The notes under the pieces are model-generated. The model worked only from the letters and a program-made list of their open reading frames with translations. It did not search any database and was not told the DNA's origin. From assembly GCA_000091205.1 (NCBI GenBank), contig AP006485.2: a stretch of DNA of 64,000 nucleotides; one strand, written 5' to 3'. Positions within the stretch are counted from its first letter, which is position 1, and every line of letters begins with the position of its first letter. Origin of the DNA: Cyanidioschyzon merolae. Taxonomy: Eukaryota. The translations under genes were made by a program, and so were the position numbers. Of the stretch, positions 1-10,865 are shown one piece after another.

Positions 1-1751
1 CCAGCGATGAGAGGTACACCGTCTCCGAGGTATCGCTTTGTGGGATATCCGCCCCCGCTGCGGCAACATCTGCACCTTGAATAGGGAGAAATAAGTGGTT
101 CGCCCGATCCATGTCAAAGGTCGAGAGCCGCAGACCAGTGAGCACCGGCAGTCACCTGGTGATGCAGCACAAGCACTGCTGCTGAACCTGGGAAGCACTC
201 TGTGGATGAGTTCTTCACGCGCGCACGCGCGCCCATAGTCTTTCAACTCAGTTGCATGATACCCGTAGGTGCGTAGAATAGAATGCTTTTTCGTGGTTTG
301 TAGCAGCTGCCTTCGAATGCGTTCAATTCCAAAAATAGAAAATAGAAGGAAAACGTATGAATTTGGGAGTTGGGCATCCTAGAGGGCCGTCGCGGCCAGG
401 TTCTACGAAGAAACGAAAGAATCCTCTTCTCACCGGCTATCGAGCGATGAGGACGAAGATAAAGAAGGCGGGAGATAGGAGTGAGAAAAGGAGTTTGCCC
501 GACGAGACGATGTGGAGACACTGGTGACTCTGAGGGCACGAGTTCTAGGAATCCTTGCTATGGTGCATTCAACCAGTATCAGTGCACGCATGGAGTTCGT
601 GAACCGAGACTTTAAAGCCGCCATCAATATCAGACGATATGTAGTGCTGTAGACGAGACCCGTGGAGCTGAAGCGATCCAACTTTGTGGGGAAGCCTCTC
701 CGGCTCGCAGTGCGCGCGGAAAAGCTGAAGCCGATAGCAGGCGGCAGGTCACAAAAGGCTGAGAGGCGTCTGTGGCTGGATGCATGTATATACATACGCT
801 ATATGGGCGCGGGGCGTTGATCATTTTAATGATCACTCAGGGATCTACACGCGTGTCAGGCGAGCATGGAACCGTGAACTGCTCGTTCTGTTCCTGCTCT
901 TACGAGTTGTTCAATCTTGTTCTGAACAGTTCAGCTGCGACATTCGAGGCGGAGCGATAGGGGCGTACCGATTCACTCGTGTCTCTAGGACGCTCGGTTG
1001 TTTATCCAGAATGGCTACTTCGACGCTTTCCCGTTGGAATTCGTGACGTCAATAGAATCGAGATGATCCGCGACGCCGTACAACAAGGCTTTTTTAACGT
1101 AACGGACACAAACTTTGAATTCATAGGCACTTGCATCCGCTTTTGTTCTTTTACCTATGCGTACCATGATCAAGGCAGAAATTCCTTGTGTCTTCTCTGT
1201 TAACCAACCACAAAAGCATGGCGGCGACGATTAGAGCTGCTCGACTGACACATGAAAAAATCTCGATGTCATTCCCTGAAGACTTGTTCACAAGCTCAAG
1301 CCGAGATTTTACTGAACTTGTCAGGCCAAATAATCGGTTCATTTCGAAAGAGAAATTGTGCTGTCTTTATAGTCATCGACGGAATGGGATTCCAAACCAG
1401 CTGGATGCCTCGGAAGCAATGTATCTTCAGCGACTGCCGTCTTCTCTGTCCGAATCGAAAACGGGTCTTGGACTCCGACATGAGCCATCGCAGCGATTGT
1501 TTTCCGGGAAGCGTGCGTCAGTGATTTGCACGAAGAGAGCGTAGACGGCTCCGCATTTTTGACTTGGTCTCCAGTCTGGATATTCCCTTCCAATACTTGC
1601 TGCATCATGGTCAACATCGCGATCAGCGTACCCGCTAGCTCATGGAACAGCGTAGACGTGCGCGTGCATCGAGCAGCGTCCTCGCCGAAGGCATCGCCAT
1701 CAGGGACCTCTTGGTCGTAGTGTAAGATGCCGGACTCGGAAAATCGGAGTA

Positions 1752-2066
1752 GTGTATCGAGGGTATGCATTTGTACCCGCCATGCGCATGTATCGCTCGA
1801 TGAAGCCAGCGCTCCAGCGCCACAGCACATCCGTCGCAGCAGAGGACAGTTTCGCGAAGCAAGAAGAAAACCCGGCCACACTCAAGTGTCACTGCTGTGA
1901 CAGATGCTCCAGCGCTGTTTGCCCAGAAGATGAAGATCTGAATCGATTCATAGATCGCAACGTTCGCCTATGCCAAGAAAGCATCGACAACAACGGAAAG
2001 CAGCGACATCGGGACTTGAACGCTACAATCAACATCCGTCCACTGCTGACAATGAAACTGGTGTAA
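1752..2066 (+). pseudogene. Diverged TnpB/Fanzor-like C-terminal remnant (zinc finger plus RuvC-III-like motif). The wider region ~780-2070 is broken across several frames.
   Basis: The ORF translates to ...LQRHSTSVAAEDSFAKQEENPATLKCHCCDRC...LCQESIDNNGKQRHRDLNATINIRPLL. This parallels ...RALVYAADSLFTDTIAQKELVIPRYCTECGH...CIKC..RNRDLSTTIRVL of the 41-kb element and the bacterial TnpB C-terminus (CxxC...CxxC...DRDVNAAxNI). Upstream + frames are fragmented (GIRDVNRI, VFIVIDGMGF, SFPEDLF motifs in different frames). Confidence 0.35.
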
Positions 2067-3290
2067 AAGAAGAAACCGCCGTATCCATAGCCGGAGGTTA
2101 GAGAGCTGTGAACGAAGCAAGCACAGAAATGCCCACGTATATGCCGCTGAACAAGAAAATGCATCGAAGACCAATCGTTTCAGTCTTCTCCGGACTTGGG
2201 CCTGCCCATATGTCCCTTTTGATGCTAACGTGCGCATCGTGTGCCGATACCCGTACAGAGCGCTTCACACGTCACAAATTCCGCACCTGCACGCTGCATA
2301 GAGCATCCTGGCGTGCTTCACTTGGACAGTACTTGTACGAATCTGGAGCAAACCAGTCATCTGTGGAGGTGCTGCCTACGCTTCAGAACACACACGCCAC
2401 AGCCTTGCACAAACGTTTCAGCACGGGCGTTTTGTCCAATCGATTTTTTTCGATGCGAAAACCTTTACGTTGACCATAGATTCCAGATTGCGTGATAGAT
2501 AATGGATTTCGGGAAAGCGTCCATATTGAAGCACCTACCTTCAGGTTCCGTTACCCATACTTCCTCTCGGATATACTGGTCGTCTCGCACGTTCTGTCGT
2601 GCGACGACTGCCTGCCGTGAGCACCCGCCGTTGCGCTTCTATACACCGCTGAAGCAGATGTTGCACGGATACAGAACGGCATTGCCATTCCACTGAGGGC
2701 GTCGGCTCGAGGCGTAATTCATCCGACACGACGTCGGAGTACAGAATTATTCTGGGAGCCTGCGACAGCGCAAACCGATCTACCAGGCGTCCACTGCAAC
2801 CAGGGCGACGCCAAGACGCAGCATACGCGCTCCTAGTCCCAGAATGAATTGCGTTGCAGACGATCCGCTCAGTTTTCAGTACAGCACCTGCCACTTGGGG
2901 GAGCAGGAAGCACTAGCCAGCCCCGCAGACTCGTCCGGCTCGCGGGACCTTCCGCCTAGAAGGTAAGCTTTCGAAAATACGGAAACTTTTCCCCTTTTCA
3001 ACGCTTCCTATCAAGGTCAAACAGCACTGTTATCGAGTTGCTAGTTAGTGGTCAGTTTCGGTTCTCTCAGTTCGGAGACTTGGTCGAATCGATGCACCGT
3101 CAGCGCGCGCCTTCGTCGAGGCGCCGATCGCGTGTACGCGGCAGCAGCGCAGGGGCCGGCACGCTGAAGGCACCTCCGCTGTGCTGGTGGCAACGCGCAG
3201 GCCTCGTGTGCGACACGAAAGCATACGCAGCCGAGTGGCACAAACTCGCCGTGCTGTCGTGTTTATCACCAGTTTGCACTCTGGTCGTGA

Positions 3291-4346
3291 ATGGCGTACC
3301 TCGTCTTTTTTCAAAAAGCACAGCGCGGGCTCGGTGGTAGGGTCTCGGGAGTGGCCGGCCCCAGGTGCGCAGGCGACTACCGCGGCCGTACGAGCCTGCT
3401 GGTGCCTCCGGGGATGCGGTCGCGTGCACGCCCGCATGCGCACTCGCTTCTAATGAAGGCGAGGCGTCGTAGTCTGGATGAAGTGGAAAGCACGCGAGAT
3501 AGCGTTGATGGGGCACGCGAAGAACGGTCGCACGGAGGTACTCGCGCTACGGGTGCGAACGACGGCTCCGGGCATACACGGACGGGCGAGTCGCCGTCGT
3601 TGCACGCTGCTTCGGGGCAGCCTGCCGATGGCGTGGCGTTAACGCACACCGCCAGTCAACCGGCTGCTGGCACGCACACCCAAGGGGTGACCGCAGACGT
3701 GAGCGCGCCGGAGCAACGGCAACCAGGTTTGAGTCTGTCGGAAGTGCAAGAGTTCCTGGAAGTCATGCGAGAAGTAACGCTGTATTGCAGCGATGCTCGG
3801 TTGCAGATCGGCAGCACTGTAATCGAGGTGAGCCGTCCAGATGGATTCGGATTTGATGAGCATGGCGAGTTGCGCACTGCCGAGCCACACCCGAGCACAC
3901 ACCCAGGCGACAGCAGTCCTGCGTCGGCATACAGTGCGCCCGCGATGCCCCCAGACGCTGAGTCGTCAGTACTGGGTAGCAGCGCTGCGCAGGCAACGGT
4001 CTCATCATCAACAGCATCGACGTCTGCGAGAGCTGCAATAGAGCAGCGGTCGGGGAAAACGCCCGAGCCGCGTCCTCGATATGACGATGTGTCGCAGATT
4101 CTTGACACCGACTTTAAAGTGATCAGCAATCGGGTTGGAATATTTCGAGCGGGGCCGCCCTCACGTCCGCCCTACGTCAAAGTGGGAGACCGGATCGAAG
4201 TCAAACGCCCCGTGTGCATCATTGAGCAGCTGGGGAACTACTTTGTCTACAATTCCGAGGTAAGTGGGACGGTCATCAAAGTTTGCGTCGAAGACGGGGC
4301 GCCCGTCGAATACGGCAAAGAACTTGTTATCATCCGACCGGAGTAA
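3291..4346 (+). CDS. Biotin carboxyl carrier protein (BCCP)-like protein lacking the biotinyl-lysine (BADC-like). The N-terminal start is uncertain.
   Basis: The C-terminus VISNRVGIFRAGPPSRPPYVKVGDRIEVKRPVCIIEQLGNYFVYNSEVSGTVIKVCVEDGAPVEYGKELVIIRPE aligns residue-for-residue with the E. coli BCCP biotinyl domain (...[46 protein letters not shown]). The conserved EAMKM is replaced by EQLGN. The upstream SEVQEFLEVMREVTLYCSDARLQIGSTVIEVSRP resembles the BCCP N-domain and is followed by a Pro/Ala/Ser linker. Confidence 0.55.
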   Translation: MAYLVFFQKAQRGLGGRVSGVAGPRCAGDYRGRTSLLVPPGMRSRARPHAHSLLMKARRRSLDEVESTRDSVDGAREERSHGGTRATGANDGSGHTRTGESPSLHAASGQPADGVALTHTASQPAAGTHTQGVTADVSAPEQRQPGLSLSEVQEFLEVMREVTLYCSDARLQIGSTVIEVSRPDGFGFDEHGELRTAEPHPSTHPGDSSPASAYSAPAMPPDAESSVLGSSAAQATVSSSTASTSARAAIEQRSGKTPEPRPRYDDVSQILDTDFKVISNRVGIFRAGPPSRPPYVKVGDRIEVKRPVCIIEQLGNYFVYNSEVSGTVIKVCVEDGAPVEYGKELVIIRPE

Positions 4347-5130
4347 ACTGAGAGATATCCTAGGAACCCGCGGTAGAGTCATTGTACAGTCACGAGACTG
4401 GGCGATCTTCACGGCACCAGGTATACGGGCACCGGCCATGCCCTGGGTGCGCTGCAGTGGCTCGCAAAGTGTGCCTTGCCTGCAGGGCGCCTGCGTTCCC
4501 CGCAGTCTTGCGGAAATCATCGGGCACGACGTACCGCAATGAACAATACGGAGGACTGCCCGTCGCCATTTTTTGATCGGCTCTGTGAGCGTTGATCTCG
4601 TCCCGTCGTGTTGCCGCGGAAACTCAACGACACCCAAGCGCACTCGGGCCTCCAACGGATACGGGACGGTCTCAGCTAGCTATGCATTTCGCGATAGACT
4701 CGTACGTTCAGCGGCACAACGGGGCGCTTGGAGCAGGCACTCGCACCAGCTGCACGTCCATGAACATCGCGCGACCGAATGTCGACTTGTACTGCCGACT
4801 CGACAACATCCACGGCATTGCACCCCATGATTCTAAATGAATCACCATAGACGTGCTCGGTGCAGATGCTGCATACCATCCCGCACGGGTTGCTCGCAAA
4901 GCGGGCCCTCTGGTTCACGTTGTCTCTGGCGATGCGGCTATCGACCGGGTGGCGGTGGCGAATAGCGCACGACCCTCGACGCCAACGCACGCCCGGGTTC
5001 GTTCGTTCGCAATGTGAACATTGCGTCGATGCATATGCGGATGCATATGTGTGTAAAGGTGTCGATGCTCGACGGGATCAAGCTATCCGCGACTGTTCAA
5101 TCCGGATCCTCTGCCGTCCGGGAGGGTCCT

Positions 5131-6486
5131 CTACGCTTCCCCAATCGCTGGCTGCACGTAGACAAACTCCTCGACATAAGGATGCGGCAAACTTTTGTCT
5201 TGCACATCGGGACAAATTTCCGAGCTCGACGGTACACAGTCTCGCGGGCAGGTCCAGATCGCAATCGTTCCGAAATCCAAAACAGCACGCGGGTCTTCGG
5301 AACGCACTCCACGTGTCGCCGGCGTCTGAGTAGGGCACTGTTCCGCAGGTTCCAGTTCGTTTTCCGACTCCCGGCAGAGATAATAAATTAACTGCGACAT
5401 GACCTGCACTTCGAAAACTCGTGGCATGCCGCAGAGGCCACAAGGAGGCACCTGTGCGGCTTCAAGCCTCGACTTGGATCCGAACCACAGGATCTGCTGA
5501 TTCGAAATCGTAGCTAGCTTTTGCGGGTTGTTCACAGCGATCATCGCAAGACGATCATGCAAGGGCAGGTATCGAATGACTTGGTTTCGATGGCTCCCAA
5601 GCGCCTGCTCGAATGCAAGTGCATCCGACAAATCAGAACAGCGTAAGTTTTGCTCTGTCTCGATTGTTTCTATGAATGATATCCATTCTGCTGCCGAGCA
5701 TGCATGCTCTTTTGTAGGTGCAGCATCCTCTGCGTCTACGTTCACCACACGGAGTTCCGATTCTTCAACTTGGTCGTCGATGACGCCGCTGTCGTGCTCG
5801 GAGTCGCTGTCCCAGTCGACGAGAATTTCGACCGCCGGGAAGCCGAGAGAGGGCTCCTCAGAGATGGTTGCGTCCGCCCCAGATTTGTCGTATGCTGCGT
5901 GTGCTCGCCGCGAACTTGTTCCGCCTACACGCGTCTGCTCTGCTGTTTGCTGCGGAGCCACTGCAGCGGCCGCTTGAAGCGCATCAAAACTGGCGGTGTC
6001 AGCGGCAGCACCCCGGTGTGGCGACGGAGGCGGATCAAGCCCCGACAACCCCGCCGACAAGTTCGCAGGGTACCGACGCAACGCTTCCAGGTCTTCGACT
6101 TGATCTGGGTACCAGCTATTGTGCTGTGGCAGCTGCACCCTGTATACTCGAGCAGCGCCTGAATTGTCGGCGGATCGACTAGCGCACCACGCACAGATGA
6201 ACAAGTACAACACGCGATGAAACGCCGCCGCATTGTGCCCCCGGGGCGCGTACACTTGCAAAAGGAAACGAAGTTGTCGTTTGCACGAGCCGCATCGTAA
6301 TCTTTTCGTGGCTAGGCCAGCGGGGAGCGGCACCAACCAGGCCGGTGTGCCGCCCGCTCGCGACTCGAACGGTGTCCACTGTTTCGACCTGAACAGCTCC
6401 CGTTCATACACACCGTCCTCGACGCAACCCAATATAATAGAAGATTTTGAGACTTCAACGTCCATGAAGGGTTCCAAGCAGTGCAT
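5131..6486 (-). CDS. PDCD2: PDCD2/Tsr4-like protein (PDCD2 N-domain, MYND-like zinc finger, PDCD2_C). The start is placed at an internal ATG; ATGs at 6465 or 6621 are alternatives.
   Basis: Motifs FESRAGGTPAWL...CGSCKRQLRFLLQVYAP (PDCD2 N-terminal signature) and PPCGLCGMPRVFEVQVMSQLIYYL (PDCD2_C). The ORF-track start at 6660 is GTG. Confidence 0.7.
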   Translation of the reverse strand: MHCLEPFMDVEVSKSSIILGCVEDGVYERELFRSKQWTPFESRAGGTPAWLVPLPAGLATKRLRCGSCKRQLRFLLQVYAPRGHNAAAFHRVLYLFICAWCASRSADNSGAARVYRVQLPQHNSWYPDQVEDLEALRRYPANLSAGLSGLDPPPSPHRGAAADTASFDALQAAAAVAPQQTAEQTRVGGTSSRRAHAAYDKSGADATISEEPSLGFPAVEILVDWDSDSEHDSGVIDDQVEESELRVVNVDAEDAAPTKEHACSAAEWISFIETIETEQNLRCSDLSDALAFEQALGSHRNQVIRYLPLHDRLAMIAVNNPQKLATISNQQILWFGSKSRLEAAQVPPCGLCGMPRVFEVQVMSQLIYYLCRESENELEPAEQCPTQTPATRGVRSEDPRAVLDFGTIAIWTCPRDCVPSSSEICPDVQDKSLPHPYVEEFVYVQPAIGEA

Positions 6487-6669
6487 AAAGATCTCAACGC
6501 TCACGTCTAGCGCTTCTGGTGTTTTGCATTCCCCAGAGGCTTTCGCATCGGGAGTGCCAAGTGCACCCGCCAGCACGTGTTGTGCCAGCACCGGGTCGCA
6601 CCGACAGGTCCGCAGGTACATGACGATTCTCGTGCGCAACCTCTGGTGCACGACCTGCACGCTTCAGGG

Positions 6670-9018
6670 ATGACTGCCTCTGAAGACGAACGAGCTCCGC
6701 TTGATTGGAGTCTGGACTATGTAAGGTACTTAGAAGCGAAGGAACGGATCGATGATCGAGCCATTCACTGCGAGCTCTGGGAGCGGTTTACGGGGTTCCT
6801 GCACAGCCAGCTGAGCCAAGGCCAAGCCGCAGCGACCCGACTGGAGCCGCTGCGCATCATTGACGTGGGTGCGGGTATCGGCTCGCTACTTTTTCGCTTA
6901 CTGGCAAGTTGGGAGCACGCGGAAGCGCTTGAACAAGTACGAACGTACCGTCGAGGGGTGGAATACTGGGCAGTCGACCTCAAGTCGCAGCTCCTGCGTG
7001 CACTGCTCCAGCGTCTGCAGAGCGTCGCAGCCAGCAATGAGAATCCCTGGCAATTGGAGCGCTATCATTTAGAAACGAACGTGGTGGACCACTCAAATGA
7101 CGACGAGTTGCACCAGTGCCTATCTGGTTTTGACCTCCACCGTGCCGCTGATCGCGATCAGCGACCGGCCTGCTCGCAAGCGATCCGAGCAGCTGCCACA
7201 GGTCAGGCGACTCGCGCAGAAAGCCCAGCGCCTGTAATGGACATGAAGACGCCCCTGGAACCAGGTCCAAAAACTCAACAAACAGTTGTTGTCGTTGGTG
7301 GTGGTGGTGGTGGTGGTGCTCAGAAAGCCACAGCTACTGCGGCCTCACTGGAGCATACGCGCCAGCATCGAGCCGGTGAAACTACTGGCGACGACACTAG
7401 GCACGTCGCCGAGCCACAAATCGGCCCTGGTGCGGCTTCAGTAGAAACAAGACGTTTTGAAGATAGCGACATGCCCGCCGGAACTCCAACAACGGATCCG
7501 CAAACGCATCATGCGTCGTGCCTGGGGTCAGCGAAGCTGGTACTGAAGGCATCATCGACTGGTTTCTACCTCAACGTACACTGCTATCAAGGCGATGCAG
7601 AAACTTTCTGTACGCAGCATCCCGGCACTGCAGAGGTGCTGTGGGCGTCATCTTTTTTCGATCTGCTGCTGAACGAGGCCGCCGCTGGGAGCGCATCGAA
7701 CCTGGCGTATGCGCGTTTGCGCGCCGCAATGCCCCGATTGCTGGCGACACTCAAACCCTATGGCGTATTTTATTTCCCTTTACATTACGACGGCATGACT
7801 TACTGGCTACCTAATTTTGATCCATCAAGCGCAGCGTATGAAGCAGAGCAGCAGGTGCTGGCAGCCTTTCATCGCTCGCTGAACCCCGATTGCACCGGCT
7901 TTTGTGGCCAAGCGCTCCTGGATGTTATACAAGACGCAGCGATACCTGCGCCTGCAGCATGTGATTGTACCTTTGGATACGTCACAGCGGGAGAAGTTTC
8001 TGCAGACGAACCGGCATTATCGAGTGCTGGCGTATCTCCCCAGCGTGTGCCACGAAGCACACAGCAAACCTTGGCGTCCGACTCGCTCTGCGCAATTCGT
8101 TCGGGGGCGTACGTACAGACGGCTGCTGGACAGCGCCTGGCCGGACCGCACGCGGCGATGCGACCCATGGTTACGGGCTTGGCACCCAGCACATGGTGTG
8201 TCCAGCCGTTTGCTGGGCTCGGCGTCTATTTGCCATCCACTGATGCCTATTTTCTCGAATGTATACTTAAGCTCATCGGTGGAGCTGCCTGGTCAAGCGC
8301 TTGCACCGCGTCAGAGAGGGCACGCATTGAGCGCTGGTACCAACAGCGACGCGAGCAGTTGCAGCAACGGCTGCTGACCTATGTTGCCCACAATATCGAT
8401 CTGCTAGGAATCGTCATTCCAGCGAGAATCCAGACTCGAGCGGTTGCCCGTGGCCCGGTCTTGCACTCGCCGACGGTTTGCGATTCGAGTATGGCGCCCG
8501 TACTGATGGGGATGACCGCGCGGGCCCGAGTGCCCGCCTTTGCCAAAAGTATAGAGCCAGTTGGCGTTTTCTCGTACGGAACGCTGCAATCGCCCCGCGT
8601 ACTACAAACCATTTTGGGACGCATTCCCCGATCGGTTGCCGCTGTGCTCAACGGGTATCGCGTCCACGGGGTGCGAGATGAATCATACCCAGCAGTGGCG
8701 AAATCAGCACCGGAAAATGCGCCGCACGAGGCCGTACCTGGCGTATTGCTTCTCGAGCTTACTGCAGCCGATCACGCGCTGCTGGACGCCTACGAAGGCC
8801 CACAGTACCAAAAACTGGTGGAAGAGGTCCAGATTCTGCCCCTGGGCATGAGACTCAGAGCTTTCGTGTACGTTTGGAAATCTTCCACTGATAATCTCGT
8901 TGCCTTACCGAACCAACACTGGGATTTGGATGCCTGGACGCGAACACATGAACAGAGTTTTTGCCAGGAATGCTCAGAATGGATCCGTACATTCAAGTCG
9001 GCAAATGCGGCTGAGTGA
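6670..9018 (+). CDS. Fusion protein: class-I SAM methyltransferase-like N-terminal domain (with a low-complexity insert) plus a C-terminal gamma-glutamylcyclotransferase/AIG2-like domain.
   Basis: Motif I LRIIDVGAGIGSLLFRLLA, later VLWASSFFDLLL and LKPYGVFYF (methyltransferase motifs II/III). C-terminal VFSYGTLQSPRVLQTILGRIP...GYRVHGV...YPAV...LDAYEGPQYQKLVEEVQ...AFVYVW matches the GGCT/AIG2 YGTL fold. The first in-frame ATG is at 6670 (the track start 6577 is GTG). Confidence 0.6.
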   Translation: MTASEDERAPLDWSLDYVRYLEAKERIDDRAIHCELWERFTGFLHSQLSQGQAAATRLEPLRIIDVGAGIGSLLFRLLASWEHAEALEQVRTYRRGVEYWAVDLKSQLLRALLQRLQSVAASNENPWQLERYHLETNVVDHSNDDELHQCLSGFDLHRAADRDQRPACSQAIRAAATGQATRAESPAPVMDMKTPLEPGPKTQQTVVVVGGGGGGGAQKATATAASLEHTRQHRAGETTGDDTRHVAEPQIGPGAASVETRRFEDSDMPAGTPTTDPQTHHASCLGSAKLVLKASSTGFYLNVHCYQGDAETFCTQHPGTAEVLWASSFFDLLLNEAAAGSASNLAYARLRAAMPRLLATLKPYGVFYFPLHYDGMTYWLPNFDPSSAAYEAEQQVLAAFHRSLNPDCTGFCGQALLDVIQDAAIPAPAACDCTFGYVTAGEVSADEPALSSAGVSPQRVPRSTQQTLASDSLCAIRSGAYVQTAAGQRLAGPHAAMRPMVTGLAPSTWCVQPFAGLGVYLPSTDAYFLECILKLIGGAAWSSACTASERARIERWYQQRREQLQQRLLTYVAHNIDLLGIVIPARIQTRAVARGPVLHSPTVCDSSMAPVLMGMTARARVPAFAKSIEPVGVFSYGTLQSPRVLQTILGRIPRSVAAVLNGYRVHGVRDESYPAVAKSAPENAPHEAVPGVLLLELTAADHALLDAYEGPQYQKLVEEVQILPLGMRLRAFVYVWKSSTDNLVALPNQHWDLDAWTRTHEQSFCQECSEWIRTFKSANAAE

Positions 9019-9387
9019 CGCACGCATCAACTGTGCACGCATCGCGGACACGTGTATCCCGGCGTCGAGATGCGTGCGCAGCTGATGCGTGCACTGCGTC
9101 GCACTTGCGCGGAAACCTTGCGCATTGGGGTAGCACATGTGCGACGTTTGCCGCCTCTCTCTTTCTTTCTACTTCTCTCTGTGTACGTATGTATGCGTCG
9201 GTGTGGGTACGTGTGTATGTTTGTGTGTGAATATATGAGAGGATCGCGCCCATGACGTGGCTATACGACAAAAGTCACTACTGCGACAGCTGAGGTGAGC
9301 ACACGTAGATGGCGGCGACAGTTACCTGCGCCTCAGCAGATGTGTGCGTGACTTTGCGAGGCTTGCATGTGTGCCGAGTAAGCAGTC

Positions 9388-9388
9388 T

Positions 9389-9420
<32 letters not shown>

Positions 9421-9421
9421 T
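9388..9421. repeat. (GTC)n microsatellite, ~11 units. A (CAG)n of ~7 units lies at 9781-9803.
   Basis: Direct reading: gtcgtcgtcgtcgtcgtcgtcgtcgtcgtcgt. Confidence 0.9.
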
Positions 9422-9831
9422 GCATTCTTGGTGCACCAAGCAGCTGCCAGCATGCATGCTCCTGCCATTCGACAACCAGGCGCGTCTTGCTGTTCGATTG
9501 CGCAGTGTTCTGGGACACGTCCGCCTTTACAAACGGTACTGCGCAAGAGGCCCGCATAGCGCGACAGCACTGCGCGCCGCTTCGTTGCTCCATCTGGTGA
9601 GCCACTGGACCAGGCACCGTTTCGATAGGGCGCGTCCAGCTAAACGGCACAACCTGCGTCCCGGCGAATACAGAGCAACCAAGACATTGGCAATCGGGCG
9701 GCATACCCAGGCCCGGCGCATGCCGCAAGACCCTGATCCCCGGCCGTGTGTTCTGGCGCGCTGAACGTACTGGACACGGGCAGCAGCAGCAGCAGCAGCA
9801 GCAACTGATCTGGTACCAGCCTCGCAAAACC

Positions 9832-10656
9832 TCAGTGACGATGCGTCAGGACGACACCGAGAACGATCGCTAGGATGATCAAGATCACTAAAACGATGAT
9901 ACAGCTCGCCGCGGCCACATTCTTTTGACACATGCGTTTCTTCAAGGTTCCCGACTGCCGCTGAAACGTACCCGCCGTATTCCGGAGCGCATCGGCCTGC
10001 TCCACGAGGTCATCCAAGCGTTCGCCACGCTCCAAGACGTCTTCGATGTTGCGCTGCATCACAGCGTGAATGTCACGAACCTCGCCCTGGAGCTGGGCGA
10101 TCTTGTCCTGCCTCGTTGTGTACGTCTGGGTCAGCGCTTTGAGCGTTGGGCGAAACGCAGCGTCCAGGGCGTCCGGTTTCGTCATTCTCCGCAGGTCAGC
10201 GGGCGCATATCGCGATTCAAACTGTTCACGTACTTGCTGTAGAAAATCAAAAGCCAGTTGTCTGGGGTACCCACGCAAACACACTGCCAAGTAGATGAGG
10301 TCCTGATGAACCTGAACGTGATACCCGACGTTTCCACTGTCGTACGAGGTGCGCACATCCGTCCCAGTCGGCGTTTTATTCAAAATTCGATCCGCAATTT
10401 CCTCGAACTTTGGGCGCTCTCCCGCACCGAGACCCTCCTGGATCGCTCGACGGTCCAGGTAGGTTACCAGACGCACGGAGCTATTCCCGACAGTGACGAA
10501 GAGGATGCGTCGCGGTGCGGGGGCTGGTCGCTCCGTCTGTCCAGCACTGTCGTCGCTGCTGCGTGCCTTGCTCAAGTTTGCGTCATCACTATTCGAAACG
10601 GAGAGAGCGTTCGTCCCTTTTGAAAGGGAGGTGTTTGCCGCAGTAGTGCGCTCCAT
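9832..10656 (-). CDS. Longin-domain R-SNARE (VAMP7/synaptobrevin-like) with a C-terminal transmembrane anchor.
   Basis: Longin domain RILFVTVGNSSVRLVTYLDRRAIQEGL...GYHVQVHQDLIYLAVCL. SNARE coiled coil RGERLDDLVEQADALRNTAGTFQRQSGTLKKRMCQKN followed by a hydrophobic CIIVLVILIILAIVLGVVL. The track start 10665 is GTG; the first ATG is at 10656. Confidence 0.7.
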   Translation of the reverse strand: MERTTAANTSLSKGTNALSVSNSDDANLSKARSSDDSAGQTERPAPAPRRILFVTVGNSSVRLVTYLDRRAIQEGLGAGERPKFEEIADRILNKTPTGTDVRTSYDSGNVGYHVQVHQDLIYLAVCLRGYPRQLAFDFLQQVREQFESRYAPADLRRMTKPDALDAAFRPTLKALTQTYTTRQDKIAQLQGEVRDIHAVMQRNIEDVLERGERLDDLVEQADALRNTAGTFQRQSGTLKKRMCQKNVAAASCIIVLVILIILAIVLGVVLTHRH

Positions 10657-10865
10657 GAACTGCACACCCGTAATCCACGTTCAGGGAGGAAAGCGGACAG
10701 GCGCGTTCTGCTGTCGTTGGCATCGATCGTTTCCCCGTCGACTAGGACACGTCAGAGGTGTCGTCTCGAGTGACGTTCCCTTCGCCGCGGTCTTCCGTTA
10801 TTCGGGCACTTCTACCGAGGACGTCTGTGTTTATTGAAGGTTATTATTCATAAAACGAAAACTTC

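Noticed and set aside
3291-4346. Annotating the BCCP-like gene as a functional biotin carboxyl carrier protein
   Set aside because: The biotinyl-lysine tetrapeptide is EQLG rather than AMKM in an otherwise gap-free alignment, so a conventional biotinylated BCCP call is not supported.
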